From: Thermoprotei archaeon
GTDB taxonomy: Archaea; Thermoproteota; Thermoprotei; Gearchaeales; WAQG01
Assembly (NCBI GenBank): GCA_038881895.1
Contig: JAVZOV010000002.1
Span: 162,961 to 226,960, forward strand
Reading direction: 5' to 3'
Length of the DNA stretch: 64,000 bases
Made by a program: the position numbers and the translations under genes. The notes under the pieces were generated by a model. It ran no database searches, was not told where the DNA came from, and worked only from the letters and a program-made list of their open reading frames with translations. Shown one piece after another: positions 63,975-64,000 of the stretch (position 1 is the stretch's first letter; every line of letters starts with the position of its first letter).

Positions 63975-64000
63975 ACGAAAGAATTACCTATTCTAGCTAT

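Overview
Chromosomal window from an AT-rich archaeon of the Thermoproteota/TACK lineage. Supporting signs are a Cren7 chromatin gene, AGOG glycosylase, archaeal SRP RNA, TATA/leaderless promoters and form III RuBisCO. The low GC with form III RuBisCO, heme O synthase and a cupredoxin is reminiscent of Geoarchaeota/Gearchaeales, but that placement is an inference. Most of the window is housekeeping and metabolism: a DtxR-regulated Mn/Zn ABC operon, guaB, PGI/PMI, pdhABC plus lplA, cysS, OFOR plus ferredoxin-NADP reductase, two heme-biosynthesis-type radical SAM genes, the pyr cluster and nagA. The most striking unannotated content is intergenic. (1) Two intact ~270-290 bp IS200/IS605-derived cassettes each carry a left end, a TATA box and a structured TnpB omega-RNA with extra RNA domains, but no tnpB ORF. 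(2) There is also a 44-bp minimal PATE, three ~200-bp IS607-like TnpB deletion derivatives and several decayed copies. (3) An orphan HTH/coiled-coil two-gene locus is preceded by a TGAACA repeat array. (4) The ORF track missed a 47-aa four-cysteine Cren7. (5) An IS6 relic joins a truncated roadblock gene to a truncated type IIG/IIL R-M gene, and a ferredoxin-AOR operon survives only as a fossil. No CRISPR array, tRNA or rRNA was seen.
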